Assembly: GCA_001179505.1 (NCBI GenBank) | Contig: CDMY01000255.1 | Location: 310,001-374,000, forward strand | Reading direction: 5' to 3' | DNA: 64,000 bases | Source: Vitrella brassicaformis CCMP3155 | Lineage: Eukaryota > Protista > Chromerida | Shown here: piece by piece, positions 37,129 to 49,616 of the stretch | Numbering within the stretch: the first letter of the stretch is position 1 | How the letters are laid out: the number at the start of each line of letters is the position of its first letter | Position numbers and translations under genes: made by a program | Notes under the pieces: generated by a model | Told to the model about the DNA's origin: nothing | The model's database searches: none | The model's input: the letters and a program-made list of their open reading frames with translations, nothing else

Positions 37129-40100
37129 TCACTGAATGGAGCACTTGCGTTTGTGGTGCCCCCTGCCGGCCGGTGATGGGAATGGTTTGCAGCCGGTGCC
37201 GTGATTGTGGCCCCTGCTGGTGTGCTGCTGCTGCCCCTGCTGCTGCTGTCGAGATGTGTCTTGGGTCGACCCGTTGTGGTCTCTCGATTCCTCAGCTGCA
37301 GCGGGCCCGGTGGTCAGGTCAAAGCTCTTACGGTTGAGAGCAGCCTCCATCACAGCAAATGTCGCCTCTGACACACAACACACACACGCATTCACAGAGA
37401 AAGCCCATGGATGAGCCGGGCGGTATACAGGCAACAGTGGAAAGCGGTCACAGGGGCGTGCGGTGCGCCCGGTGCGTGTGGGTGGCAGGGAGGCAGGGAG
37501 GTTTACTGACTCACTGACTGACCGGGATCGCCCGAGTCGTGATGGAAGAGTGCAGGCAGGTTGAGCTCCCGGCACAATCGGCCACAGACGTGGGTACGGG
37601 TGAAGTTCAAGATCACCTCGGCATGCCGCCTCACATCAGACGATATCGAACACCTGAAGACAATACAAGACACACACACACACACGTACATACAGACACC
37701 ACGCACAACCAACCAGACAGACAGACAGACAGACAGAGATGGCTCCTCCCTCAGCCACACTCCGTCCTCGCTGCAAGATCTTTCCTGCCTGGCTGCGAGC
37801 GCCTCGCTAAGTAGGTACCCCACGAGTCCCTGACTCACTTTCTGGCGTATGTATTGGGGTCGTCTCTGTTGGCGTCTGGTGAGAGGACATCCGCCAGGTG
37901 CAGTGGGCTGGCGGCTTCGTCAAGTTGGGGGTGGCCGGGCGGCCCCGGCCGGGGCACTGGGGGGAATGAGGGCGTCTGCTGGTGGGGGTGGTCAGACGAC
38001 ACACCACTCACACCCTCCTTCAAACGAGGAGTCTAGTAGGGTACACACACACACACACACACGCCACGCGGAAATAAGTGGACTGTCTGTCGTGTGCCGG
38101 CGTTAAGGTGTGTGTGGTGGTACAGTACATCAGGTTCCACTTCGAGAAAGAGAGCATCCAGAGACGAGACGCCCCCAGGGATGGGTTTGATGATGGGACT
38201 GGGGCACACCGATGGCGGGGCAGACAGCAAGTCGTCAGACGACAAAGAACGACGAAGCTGCGACACAGCCCACAGAAATCGATGCAATCAATGCACTCAC
38301 TTATCATGAGGTTGGTGAGGAGGCATTGCATTGCATTGCATTGCATCCGTACGGTACCCTACCTGTGTGTTTTTGTCGCTGACCTCAGCGACGTATCCAT
38401 GTGTGTTCATGAAGACCGCATGAGCGTAGCGGCTGATCACCACCTGACCATCAGAGCTGCACACAGCACAGACACACGGAGACCCGTCAAGTAAGGGAGT
38501 GAGTGAGTGAGTGGATGGTGTTTGTTGTATTCTCTCTTGTTTCTCTCTCCCAGCCATGGCGTGCCGTGCCCTGACCGGTCATAGAGGAAGTGTTGGAAGC
38601 AGACGAAGGCCTCCTTGTGCTCAGTGCGGAAGGCGAATTGGTGCGGCTGCCTCTGCCTGAGGAAGGACCCCAGGAACATGTCGGTCTCTCGATCCCTGCC
38701 GCTGCCCCAGGGTTGGGACACCGGCAGCGACGGGGTGGCCACGGACGGGGTGGGCGGCTGGTGGGACAAAGTCGACACAGATGGGCCAACATACCCTCTC
38801 TCATGTGCACCACAGGGGACCTTGTGACCACCACCACCACCACCAGCCACAGCAGGAGCAACAGCGGGTAGATCTGGCATGAGATCAAAGGATGCGAAGC
38901 TGTCGAGCACAAACCAGAGAGAGGGGTCCTTGACAGCCTCCTGGCCGTAGGCGTGAAGTGGGTGGACGTCGGGGGACGACTCGAGAGGCTGAGCGTCGGT
39001 CCCTGCCGCAGCTGCTTGCATGGGAACCCTGCCCTTGCCTGGCTGGAAGGCGCACGACGGGGGCTGTGGCTGTGGCTGTGGCTCTGGTTGTTGAGGAGGG
39101 TGAGTGTGAGGGCGTTGGTGTTCAGGTGGGTGGGGAGGGGGTGGGGGTTGTGGGGCGCCACCAGACACCGTCCCGGCCTTAGGGATGCGATCGATGAGAA
39201 GGACGAGGCAGCAGTCAGGGTGGTAGAGGGGCTGCGGCCGGTGGCTGCAGGCATCGCTGAAGCTCTGCAGCCACCACGACACGCTGCTGCTCCACGACAC
39301 AAAATCCATCAAGTCGCGAAGACGCCATGACGGATTGTAACGAGCCGTGCAAACACGCTCCTGAGCGGACAAGGCACCGGACACAACTGACTATAGGGTG
39401 TTGTCAGTCAGCGAGTCGGCTGGCCCCACGCCGCTCCAGCTAGGTATGAAAGTGTGAGTGTATGTACGTACGTACCTTTTGTTGACTGCCTGTCTTGGGT
39501 TGGGGGAGTGTGGGTGGGTGCAGCTGGGCCTGCTTGACGTCCATGTGGAGCCCCCCATCGGCCCTGCCGTCAATAACGCCATCCGGCGGTGGTCGCATGG
39601 TCTTGTCCCTTGTCATGTCGCTGGATGGCGGCTGGGACGAGGGTCTGGCAGTCGACGGGCTGGCCATAGACAACGTGGCCGGAAAACTCACTAAACATGC
39701 GCAACACGGACGTACGTACGTACACCACCGCCAAAGCAAAGCACAGCAGTCAGCCATGCAAGTTGTGTTGAGGGCTCTTTGGTGCTCGTTCTTTCTCTCG
39801 AGCTTACCAAGCCCGGTGGCCAGATCCGTGACGGAGCGCTGCAATGCAGATACATAGATGCGTTGATGGTGGCTATAAGGGAGAGGGGCTTGGTCGGCCA
39901 GTGCACTCATTGCATTGCCGTGTGTACGAGTGTGCGGAGGTATAAAGGTACGTACCTCCCTCCATGTCCTCAGTTTCCGCTTGTCTCGCTTGAAGTACCA
40001 ACAGTTGTCGCGCGGGCTGTACGAGTACACAACGCAAGACTCACCTTCACGACTGCGGACGGACCAACAGACAGACAGACAGACAGACAGGTACAGGCAC

Positions 40101-41687
40101 AACAACCACCAACACACACACATAGGTTTGGTACACAGACACTCCATCTGTCGACCTGCCCTGTCGTGTCAGTGGGCTGGCTGCCGTGCATGGCCCCTCG
40201 CCTCCCCCCTCCCTCCCCCCTCCCTCCCCCTCCCCCTCCCCTGTGTGTGTGTTTGTGTAGGTGTGTGTGCACTATAGGTAGGTATGTACTTACGCTGGCG
40301 TGGATCTCGAGCTGGATTCCGTGGACCACGACCTTGTCAGCGTCTCGCTGGTCTCCCACTGCACATCCTCTACACCTGACTCTGAAGGAAGGAGCGAGCG
40401 AGGGAAGGAGGAAGGAACCAAGGAAGGAAGCACACATACACACAGATTAAGAAACAAACAAGCAGGCAGGCAGGCACACACGGTGTGTCCATGCCCCCAG
40501 CTACTGCAGATAGATACTTGGATGCTACATAGCATCAGTATGTACCTGGCTTCCAGCTTTCGAGGAGCTGCGCCACTTCTGTCCGCTCGAACTGCCTTGC
40601 AATGTCGCCGGGGGTCTCGCCGTGCTGACCAATCAAGCAGGCAGGGCAGCAAGCAAGGCACACGCACGTGAGTGATTGAGTGACCAGATACTCAACTAAC
40701 GAAGGTAGCTAGTTGCTCACTGACTAACTGACTGGCAGGCTGGCCCAACCCAACTTACTACGTGTACGCCTATCTAGCTTGCATCCCTCCACGGGCCGGA
40801 ATGTGTCTACCTACCTACCTACCTACCTTGTTGCTTGCGAAAGCATTGGCACCCGCCTGCGCAGCCGACCAGCACCTCACACATGCAGACAGATACACCG
40901 TGGGTGCACACGGGCTTGCCTGCCTGCCGGCTGACCTTAAGTAGGGCCCGTGCGCTCTCGACATGGCCTCCCGAAGCAGCGGCGTGAAGGGGCGTGTGCC
41001 CATCCTGCAGACAGGCAGACAGCCAGACAGACCCACAGGCAGGCAGGCAGGCAGGCAGGCAGAGAAGGGTGGAGGGAGAGCACCGACCGTATTGCGTTAG
41101 CAGTGTCAGGAGGCAGACCTGATCTTGTGCGTGTATGTTACATCCCGCTGCTGCGAGCAGCCCCACAACGTCGTCCTTGTTATGGCTGGCAGCTAGGTGA
41201 AGAGCCGTCCAGCGGAACTGCGTACACACACGACACCACACGACACGACACGACCAGCCACGTCACACACACCATTCCTCAGTCAGGCAGCACAGCCATT
41301 GCAATCGATCAATGCCCATCAGCATGCCCACCCACCCACACACCCACTCACTCACTCACTTGGTTCATGGCATTCAGTCTTGGTTTGCGCGAGAGGATGT
41401 ACTTGACCACAGCAACCTTGCCATTCGCAGCAGCACACATCAATGGCGTCCAGCTTGCCTGCACACCACAGCATGGCACAGACAGCACGGGCAAGGGGAA
41501 TGCCACGCGTATACTCCTGCAGTGAGGCGGTCTTTGAGTATAGAGATAGATCTTCTTGACTGGTATATATATAAGACCGCACCGCATCGGTGACGTTGAC
41601 CGAGATGCCGTGTTCCTCGATTGCCTCTGCCACCTTGACGAGATCTCCCCGTCGGGCGGCAAGAAACAGCTTCCTACTCGCGCTCAT
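37129..41687 (-). CDS. Ankyrin-repeat protein fused to a divergent alpha-kinase (eEF2K/MHCK-type) domain, probably a pseudokinase
   Basis: Ankyrin exons WTPLMCAAANG, WTALHLAASHN, GHTPLHAAASGG and HGETPGDIARQF splice in frame via GT-AG introns to VYSYSPRDNCW, EAFVCFQHFLYDR|SDGQVVISR and ILNFTRTHVCGRLCRELNL (alpha-kinase Zn-finger His/His/Cys/Cys). Confidence 0.75.
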
Positions 41688-41744
41688 CTCTCATACTCTC
41701 ACCACTACGGCCTCAAAGCACCGAATGCCATTTCCCTGCGAAAG

Positions 41745-41756
41745 AAAAGCTCGCAA
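41745..41756 (+). promoter_or_regulatory. Candidate promoter element AAAAGCTCGCAA between the ANK/alpha-kinase and ML genes
   Basis: aaaagctcgcaa in the 120-bp divergent gap. Confidence 0.5.
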
Positions 41757-41807
41757 CGAGTCCCGAAACTGCTCCGAAGGAGGCAGACGACAACAAAGGC
41801 TACGAAC

Positions 41808-42752
41808 ATGGTCAGGGGCTTGCCAGTCTGCGAAAGACGTGCGTCGGCACCCATCTTTGTTTGCCAGCAACGTCTTTTCTCGCGGATTGCATGGCTGATA
41901 GTGGTGCTGGACATCCTCACTCACGTGGCAGGCTCCCCGAGGCGTTCGCTCTCAGATCTGACGGATGGGGCATCGTCATCCGTGTCCTCGACCTTCCATC
42001 CGTGCAAACACGAAGGTGAGCAGGAGAGGTGGGAAGGGAGGGAGGGAGGTGATGACGAGTGGTGGTTTGCTGATTGATCAGAGTACCAGTTGGTGTTTGA
42101 TCACATCCGTGTGTTCCCTGACCCCATCCTTACGGGCCAGTCGGTCACGGTGGAACTCGGCGGCAGCAACACCGGCCTGGCAGTCACCAGCGGGAAGATA
42201 ACCATTGCCGTCATACTCGACAGGTACGCACTCACTCACTCACTCACTCACACAATCACTCAGGCACTCACGGACGGCACCGACTGACTGACTGACCCAC
42301 TCAATGACTGCCTGCCGTTGCGTTGCTTCATCCATTGATTGCCCCATGTCTGTCAGAGTGCTGCCCTTCTATGTGGAGCTGCCCCTCTGCAGCACTCTCA
42401 GTACTGGCTGCCCGATTCCCTCTGGCCCCTTCACCACATCAGTGCAGGCATTCCTTCCGGCAGACACACCCAATGGAAACATAGCGGGAAAAATCAAGGT
42501 AGGCAGGTGGGAAGGTGGGTGGGTAGTACCTTGCAGGGCTGGCCAGGCCAGGCCAGATAGATTGACCAAGACGGCAAGGAAGGCTGGCTGAAGGATTTGG
42601 TCATGTGTTGTGTGTCTTGGTTGGTGACATGATCATGTCAGATGGTCACCGGGGAGCACGAGCTTGCGTGTTACGATGTCCACACAAGGATACAGCGACC
42701 TGGCGTCGGGGATGAGCAAGATCGGCAGACTGAACACCTGCTAGTGGGCTGA
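41808..42752 (+). CDS. ML-domain (MD-2/NPC2-like lipid-recognition) protein
   Basis: Hydrophobic leader, then FHPCKHE|...IRVFPDPILTGQSVTVELGG...GKITIAVIL, LPLCSTLSTGCPIPSGPF and ELACYDV. The Cys spacing is typical of ML domains. Confidence 0.75.
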
Positions 42753-43351
42753 GGAACAGCAGGGCTCCAGGGAGGCGGACAGGGAGTGACAGGGCTGGGG
42801 AGGGTGTGACCATACATGGATCTCCTTTTTTAGGTCGGCGGCGTCTTCTGTGTGCGTCACGCGCTTTGTACACTAGTGACTTTGACACTCAGTGTTTCCC
42901 TGGGCTCAGTATAGAGTAGTTCGGATACTTACTCTCCACTCATCCATCCACTACATTCACTCCTACCACGCCTTGTCTTTGTCTTTCCTTCAAGAACCGA
43001 TCGGGCATGTCCTTCTTGTCCATTTCCTTCTTCAGTGGAGTATCTATTTCCGTGAATGTAGACGGCGAGGGGTCCTTCTCTTTTGTCCATTCGGACGGAC
43101 GGTAGACTCACGACATTAATGAATGAAGGCATCGCAGTTGGACATCAACACTGAGACAAATGAGTAATATACACGGTCGGAAACAAGGGGCGCCTAGACA
43201 GGTCAGTCAATCCGAGTGGTTCATGTGTAGAGGAGCGAGGGACGCCCCTCACCAGATCAGTCAACCCGGAGATCTTTCGCTGCGGCTGTGGGGCCCGTCG
43301 AGGCCCCAAAAGGAGAGAGCGTTGATTATCCACTGGCCGAGTCTCCCTCCC

Positions 43352-44651
43352 ATGGCGCCGAAGCAAAACATCTTTGACAAGCTCACCGATAGCTCCCAAT
43401 ACACGGTACCCCCCCCCCACGATTTTCCGACATTGCAATCGTACCGTATTGGCTTTCGTTGTACGTTGTTCATCAAGGGGGCCCACAAGCACCGCTTCGA
43501 CGACTCCGGCCAGGGTCGTGGCATCGCTGGGAGAGAGGAAATCGTCAACGTGAGCCGACCCCAGATCCCCGCCTGCCCCACAACGATAGCGAGGAACGCG
43601 TGATGTCTGCAGGTGGATGGTTCAACCGAGTCGACCGCACGCAAACATGCCGTGGAGAAGACCGTCGACCACGTGAGGGGGGCGGGGGGAGGGGAGGGGT
43701 GAGAGATGAAGATATGCGTGTGGTTCGAAGGGGGGGGGGGCCGGGAGTGTCCATCCACTTGTTTTGTGGTTGTTGCTTGTGTGCCTGTGCGTGTATGACT
43801 CAATAACACATGTGTCCAGGCCGAGCGTGCGGGTCGTAAGCCAGTAGTGCAGGGGCCCCTCGGCCAGCAGAAGTTCGGGACTCAGGCGGAGACACCCATC
43901 TCCATCTGGCTGTACAAGAACGGCGACAAGCACTTCAAGGGAGTCAAGGTACGTGATGAATATGTAGTGAGTGAGACAGACAGGAGGGTCCACCTGGGGT
44001 GTCTCTCAGGACACGCGGCCTCTCTCTCTCTGTGTGTCATTGATGTGTTTCTGAACCAAACAGTTCGTCGTCAAGAAGACCATCAGAAACATGGACCAGG
44101 TAGGGCGGACGGAAGGACCGGCTGGGGTCAGGCGGCGCAGGGAGCTAATGCATTAATTGCCCCCAAGCATTGTGTGTATGTATGTATGTGCGATATAAAT
44201 TCATCCATGGCTCTTCATGGTTTCGTTGGCCTCGATGGTCATGTCGACCGCTTGGGTGTGTATGTGCGTGCGTCGCGGCACAATTCATTCAGTTCATCGC
44301 TGAGGCCAACAAGCAGGGCTGCCAGCCCAAGAGCGGTGTGATTCGTAAGATCTACAAGCAGAACATGAAGACTGTTGTCAAGGACCTGGCAGACTTCGAA
44401 GACGGCGAAAAATACCTCTGCTGTGGACGTGAGTGAGAGACACACACAGGCTGCCCACACACTGCATTGGGTTGCTTTGAATGCGTCTCGTTTCAGCCGA
44501 GAAGCCCCAGGAGTGAGTCATGAGCCCACCGATCAAATGGTTCATTCATACCTGGACTTGTTTGTGCCTGTCTGTCTGTCTGTCTGTGTGTGTGTGATTG
44601 TGATGGATGTGCAGTGACGCTGACCACATCCCCGCTGCCTTCTTGGAGTGA
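43352..44651 (+). CDS. Apicortin (partial p25alpha domain + DCX domain)
   Basis: NIFDKLTDSSQYT|GAHKHRFDDSGQGRGIAGR (p25alpha motif) and SIWLYKNGDKHFKG...GVIRKIY...VKDLADFEDGEKYLCCG (DCX). The end coordinate is approximate. Confidence 0.9.
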
Positions 44652-45040
44652 AGGCATCGATTTGACCGTTTGGATTTTTCAACACACACCATACGTACGT
44701 ATATGGTACGGACGCATTCATTCAGGCAGTGGGAAGGAGGTGTATCGATCGACATAGGGAAGAGGAAGTCACCAGCATAGATAACATGGGGGTTGAATAA
44801 CTAGTGGATGAATGAATCAACACACGAGGGCAGCCTGGATATGAGTGAATGATCGATGGGGAGGGAGGGAGGGAGGGAGGGATGGGGCAACCACGTCTGA
44901 AACCGCTGGCTGCTGACTCCATTCATGTGTGGGAACGAACAGAGGACACAGATCTAGAGTAGGCAAGAGGATGGACAGGTCCGTTCGAGTGAACAATCAT
45001 TCATCGCTGTCTCATGCATTCATTGCAACGAGCTGACACA

Positions 45041-46974
45041 CTAGTGTGGGCTCCAGGTGTGAGTCAGCTCCGCCACCTGCTTCTTGCCTTGGTCACGGTA
45101 GTCCTGAAACACCCGACATAGCTCCTCGTACGTGATGCAGTCCGTAATCGACTGCACACACGCAGGTACGTATGCAACGACATTAGACACGTGACGGCAT
45201 AATGTCATGTCTCGTCCTTTCGCGAATCTGATGCGAGCCGGCCTCAAACCCACCTGACCTGTTCCACTTTGTTGACTGTTTTGACATCATTGGCCGTCAG
45301 CTTGTCATCTGGAGAAACAAAGGCGCCGGCCCCATACACATGCAGGCACAAGAGAAGAGGTGTGGCAGATCAACGCGCGCAAAGCTATCTACCCCTCCTG
45401 TGTGTTGGGTGCCTTTTGCTGCCTGCAGCATACCCCTGAGGCGTTGGACGATCCATCCGCCCTCCACCCACTCTCCCTGGGCAGTGTACTTGTCCAGGTC
45501 AATGGGAAGAAACGTCTTGACGTCCTCGCGGCGAAAGCACTCCCATATCTGACCGCTCGGATTCAGCTCGTCCGCCTTCCTGCATCAACCAGCGGATTCA
45601 CACATGGATGCACGCACACACACCAATGCGAACAGGCGGCCGCGCCACCAAGGGAAAGCTCTGCCAGCCCCCTCCGTGGCCGTGCGGGTGTTTGTGTCTG
45701 CGTGTGCCATTCATCTTTTGCGAAGCGTGTGCGTACCTTGCTTTGGCCATGAGTTCGTGGTACATGTCCCCAACAGGGGCGAGCCAGCCGTACGGCACGT
45801 TGACTCCCTGTCCCGCACACACACACCAGACGGGCAGATGAGGCACGCATACACTAATGCGGGCGACCGACGACCACAGTGAATGCCATTCCATTCATTG
45901 CCTGGCCTTGGCTCACGTGCTTTGCAACGTATAGCTTCACATAAGCTGGCTCCTTGCCATTGTAGATGACCTCAATGCGGAAGTCAACCTGCATCCACAC
46001 ACCACATGACGCGATGTGACAGAGCACCAGACAGCTTCGGCTTCCGTCGGTAGCTTACTGTGTTGAGGTGTGGCGGCTTCCACTTCAACAGTTGGCGGCA
46101 CGTACCTGGGATGTATGGCACCTTCACTGGGGTGAAGATGATCCCATCAGACTCATGCGGAAGCTTCGACGAGAAACCCATGATCGTCGGGATGTGCCAA
46201 ATCTCAAAGAAGTCCTGAATCAGCACACACGAATTGGACTGTGACACTAGCGATGGCAGCACTCAGTGCTAGCCAGCCAAGAGCTCTCTGAACGACCTTG
46301 AGGAATATCTCGAAGGGCTCATTTGGAGCCTCGTTTTGCACCATCCACTGTCGTCGCGGCTCCACGACCTCCACCAATGCCTTCTTCAGGCGCTCGAGAA
46401 GGTTCTCCTTGACGACGCTGACGCCGTTGATCGCTATCGCATCATAGATGAGGAACCGCAATCGGCGATCTGCAGAGCCACCGCCGTTGCTCGGCTTTGC
46501 GACATCCTCCACCAGCTCGCCGTCGAGGAGAGTGTCGTGGTGCGTCTTGAGCGGCCTTCCGTCATCAGCAGTTGGCAGCTGGCCCCCGGTGCTCCGATCC
46601 CTCGTCGGAAGAGTGACAGAGCACTGCATGACCTCCTCGCTCCGGTCGAGGAGGTACACGTGGCCTCGTCCGTCACTTCCCGTCGCCGCGTAAAGCATGT
46701 ACCGCACACCATCCGTCTTCTCACAGGCCACGTACAGGTTCCGGAGAATCTCTGACAAATTCGACTTGCTCAGGGAGACAGGTTGAGAGCCAGGAAAGGA
46801 AGACTCAGACCACACGCAAAGCTTCCGGCAGCGCTCGCGAATCTGCGAATAACGAACCAACATGAGAACACAACAGAACAAAGCACGATAGTTGGCTCCT
46901 GACGTTGACCCCACCTGAGTCAGCAGGCGGGCATGCTTGGGGTGCTCTAGCCTGTGCATTCCGGCTGGGTGCAT
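45041..46974 (-). CDS. mRNA capping enzyme, stand-alone GTP:RNA guanylyltransferase
   Basis: FPGSQPVSL, active-site motif I YVACEKTDGVRYML, TLLDGELV, FLIYDAI, motif IV HESDGIIFTP, motif V LLKWKP...NTVDF and C-terminal DCITYEEL. No N-terminal triphosphatase domain. Confidence 0.92.
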
Positions 46975-47072
46975 CCTTGTACGACTGGATAGACGGAATG
47001 ATCGGTACGGCGGGAGAGGATATCCTCGCGAATTCCTCGGAATGGGGAAAATCCCGTCGATCGGCAGCGGAG

Positions 47073-47082
47073 TGCGAGCTTT
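47073..47082 (-). promoter_or_regulatory. Candidate promoter element AAAGCTCGCA between guanylyltransferase and PAP
   Basis: tgcgagcttt in the 188-bp divergent gap. Confidence 0.5.
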
Positions 47083-47162
47083 CTAGTCAGGAGTGGGTCC
47101 TCGGGCGTGATTCATCGTACCGTCGCCGCTGTTCTGCCATCATCGAAGTGAGCGCGAGAATG

Positions 47163-49471
47163 ATGTCTGGCGCAGCGAATCCCGTGGGATCTGGCTCTTG
47201 GGGTGGAACTGCCGTAAGCCAAAGCTGACACAGACAACACGCGTTTATCACCGGCTGCTTGACTTTGCCTTCAGATATCGATGGAAGGGCCCAGGGCGAG
47301 AGACGTGGAGCTTTCTCAGCGTCTGAAAGGCACGTTGGAGGGCCATGGGCTTTTCGAGAGCGATGAAGAGACGCTGCACCGTCAACAGATTCTTCTTGGT
47401 GAGACGGGGTAATACGAGTGAGTAATCGGAGCCGTGCCGGATCTCTGTGTCTTGTCAGAGCTGGATTCCATCATCAAGGAGTGGATATACGAAGTCGGCG
47501 TGAGTCAGGGAATGGCCGAGGAGGAGGCAAGGCAAGCTGGTGGCAAGATCTTCACCTTCGGCTCGTACCGCCTCGGTGTTGTGTCGCCCGGCTCCGACAT
47601 CGACACTCTCTGTGTCGCTCCGACTCATGTGTCACGGGATTCCTTTAACACCCTTCTGGCGGCCAAGCTATCCCAACACCCAAGCGTCAGGAAGGTGCAG
47701 CCTGTGCCGAATGCATTCACGCCGGTGATCAAGCTGAACTACGATGGCATTGACATCGACCTGCTCTTTGCGAATCTCCCGAGGCCGACGATCCCTCCGG
47801 AGATGGAGGACCTCGACGATGACAACATCCTGCGCAATCTAGACGAGAAGACCGTTCGGTCTCTCAACGGCTGTCGAGTCGCTGACATGATTCTCAAGCT
47901 AGTCCCGAACAAGGAGAACTTCAGGATGACACTACGCTTCATCAAGCTGTGGGCGCGTAATAGGGGAGTCTACTCAAACGTCATCGGGTACCTGGGGGGC
48001 GTCTCGTGGGCACTGCTGGTCGCAAGGGTATGTCAGCTGTACCCCAATATGTCTCCAAGCCAGCTGGTCCACCGCTTCTTCCGTGTCTACGCGAAGTGGT
48101 GAGGCACGCTCCGTGTGCATCTCCACCTTTGACTTCGTGTATGTGCCTTATGCCCCAGGAATTGGAAGATCCCTATCTTGCTGACACGTGTGAAGGAGCC
48201 GCAGAGCTCGCCTGGCTTGATGGGATTCAGGGTCTGGAATCCCAAGGTGAACCCAGCAGACAAGCAACACCTGATGCCGATCATAACGCCTGCGTTTCCA
48301 AGCATGAACTCGACTCACAACGTGACGTTGACGACTCTGCGGGTGATGAAGGGAGAGTTTGAGAGGGGGCACGAGATAGCTGACAACGTCAACAAGGGAC
48401 ACGCAACGTGGAATGACATCCTCCAAGAGGCAGACTTCTTCCGGTCTGCCAAGCGCTTCCTCATGATTGAGAGTCTGGCCAAGACAGAGCAGGCACGAAA
48501 ATTGGGTCTCAATCATTGGTCCCATTGGTCTTGTGTTTGCATGTATGTTCAGGTCCACCGAAAGTGGCACGGGTGGATTGAATCAAAGCTTCGTTTCCTG
48601 ATCAAGGCCCTCGAGCAGATGGCCAACGTGGAGGTTCATCCCTGGCCTAAATCATACGATTTGCAGGTTCGCGAGCACTCCAGCTTTTCTGCAGACCATC
48701 GATCAACGATTGTACTTCGCTACGCATGCAGGATGATGAGTGGGAGTATGCGACTGCGATGTTCATCGCTCTCATTCCGAAGAGCAACGCGACGATTGAC
48801 ATGAGACGGCCAATGACGGACTTTTGCGAGATGTTGTACACTTGGGAGGTGAGTCAATGATTCCAGTGGTGTACTTATGGAGTACTGGCTTCTTGGCTGA
48901 ATGCTCTGGTGAACAGGATATGAGCACGCATTCCGACGCCGCCCAAGTCCGATTCAAAAGCCTGAAAAGGTCTGAGCTTCCGCACTCGGTCTTCCCCAGA
49001 TCCTCAGCCGATGAAGAGGCCGCTGGAGATGTGGCAGCTGTAGCGCAGGATGGCGAAGTCACTTCCGCTGTAGCGGGGGTCCAACGCAACTTCTCCGGTG
49101 ACGAAGTAGAAATTGCCCGGCCTGCCAGCCCCATCGAGAATACTGAAGGTGAGGGTCTAGACCGATGCAACGCAAATTTCCATCTTGTGCCATTTTCTTT
49201 TCTCTCAGATGTTAGCGTCCGTCCTGAAAAGAGGCCTCGTGTAACCGAAGCGTCGCATGGCGAAACCGCGAGACAGGCTGCGCAATGTCAGTGCCCAGAA
49301 ACAGCGAGTATCGGAAAAACATGCTCACTTTCTGATATCGTTGCCTGTCCAGTCGATTTCGTGAGCCAAGACAATAGCGGCAAGGTGGTAGTTGCGGCCG
49401 GGCGCCGCCTTGCTGGTCGAGTGAAAAAGAGGCTAGTAGTTAGGCTTTCGATGAAAGAATCACCGATGTGA
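47163..49471 (+). CDS. Canonical poly(A) polymerase
   Basis: KIFTFGSYRLGV..PGSDIDTLC, VPNAFTPVIK..YDGIDIDLLFA, SLNGCRV, FIKLWARNRGVYSNVIGYLGGVSWA, HLMPIITPAFPSMNSTHNV and WHGWIESKLRFL. Confidence 0.96.
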
Positions 49472-49616
49472 ATCATGTCCGTGCAAGTCGTCCGCACTCA
49501 TCCATTGACACGCACAGAGGAATCACTGTGCAGCGTGTCATGATCGTATGTGTGAACGTCCTACTACATGGAGTTTCATCACACTCCCATGATGTCATGT
49601 AATAAAGACTAACGCA

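Noticed and set aside
38400-38580. Alternative GC-donor splice model restoring an LMVSD (Asp-containing) motif in the alpha-kinase domain
   Set aside because: It needs a weak GC donor plus an extra intron, whereas a single canonical GT-AG intron gives an open frame. RNA-seq should decide.
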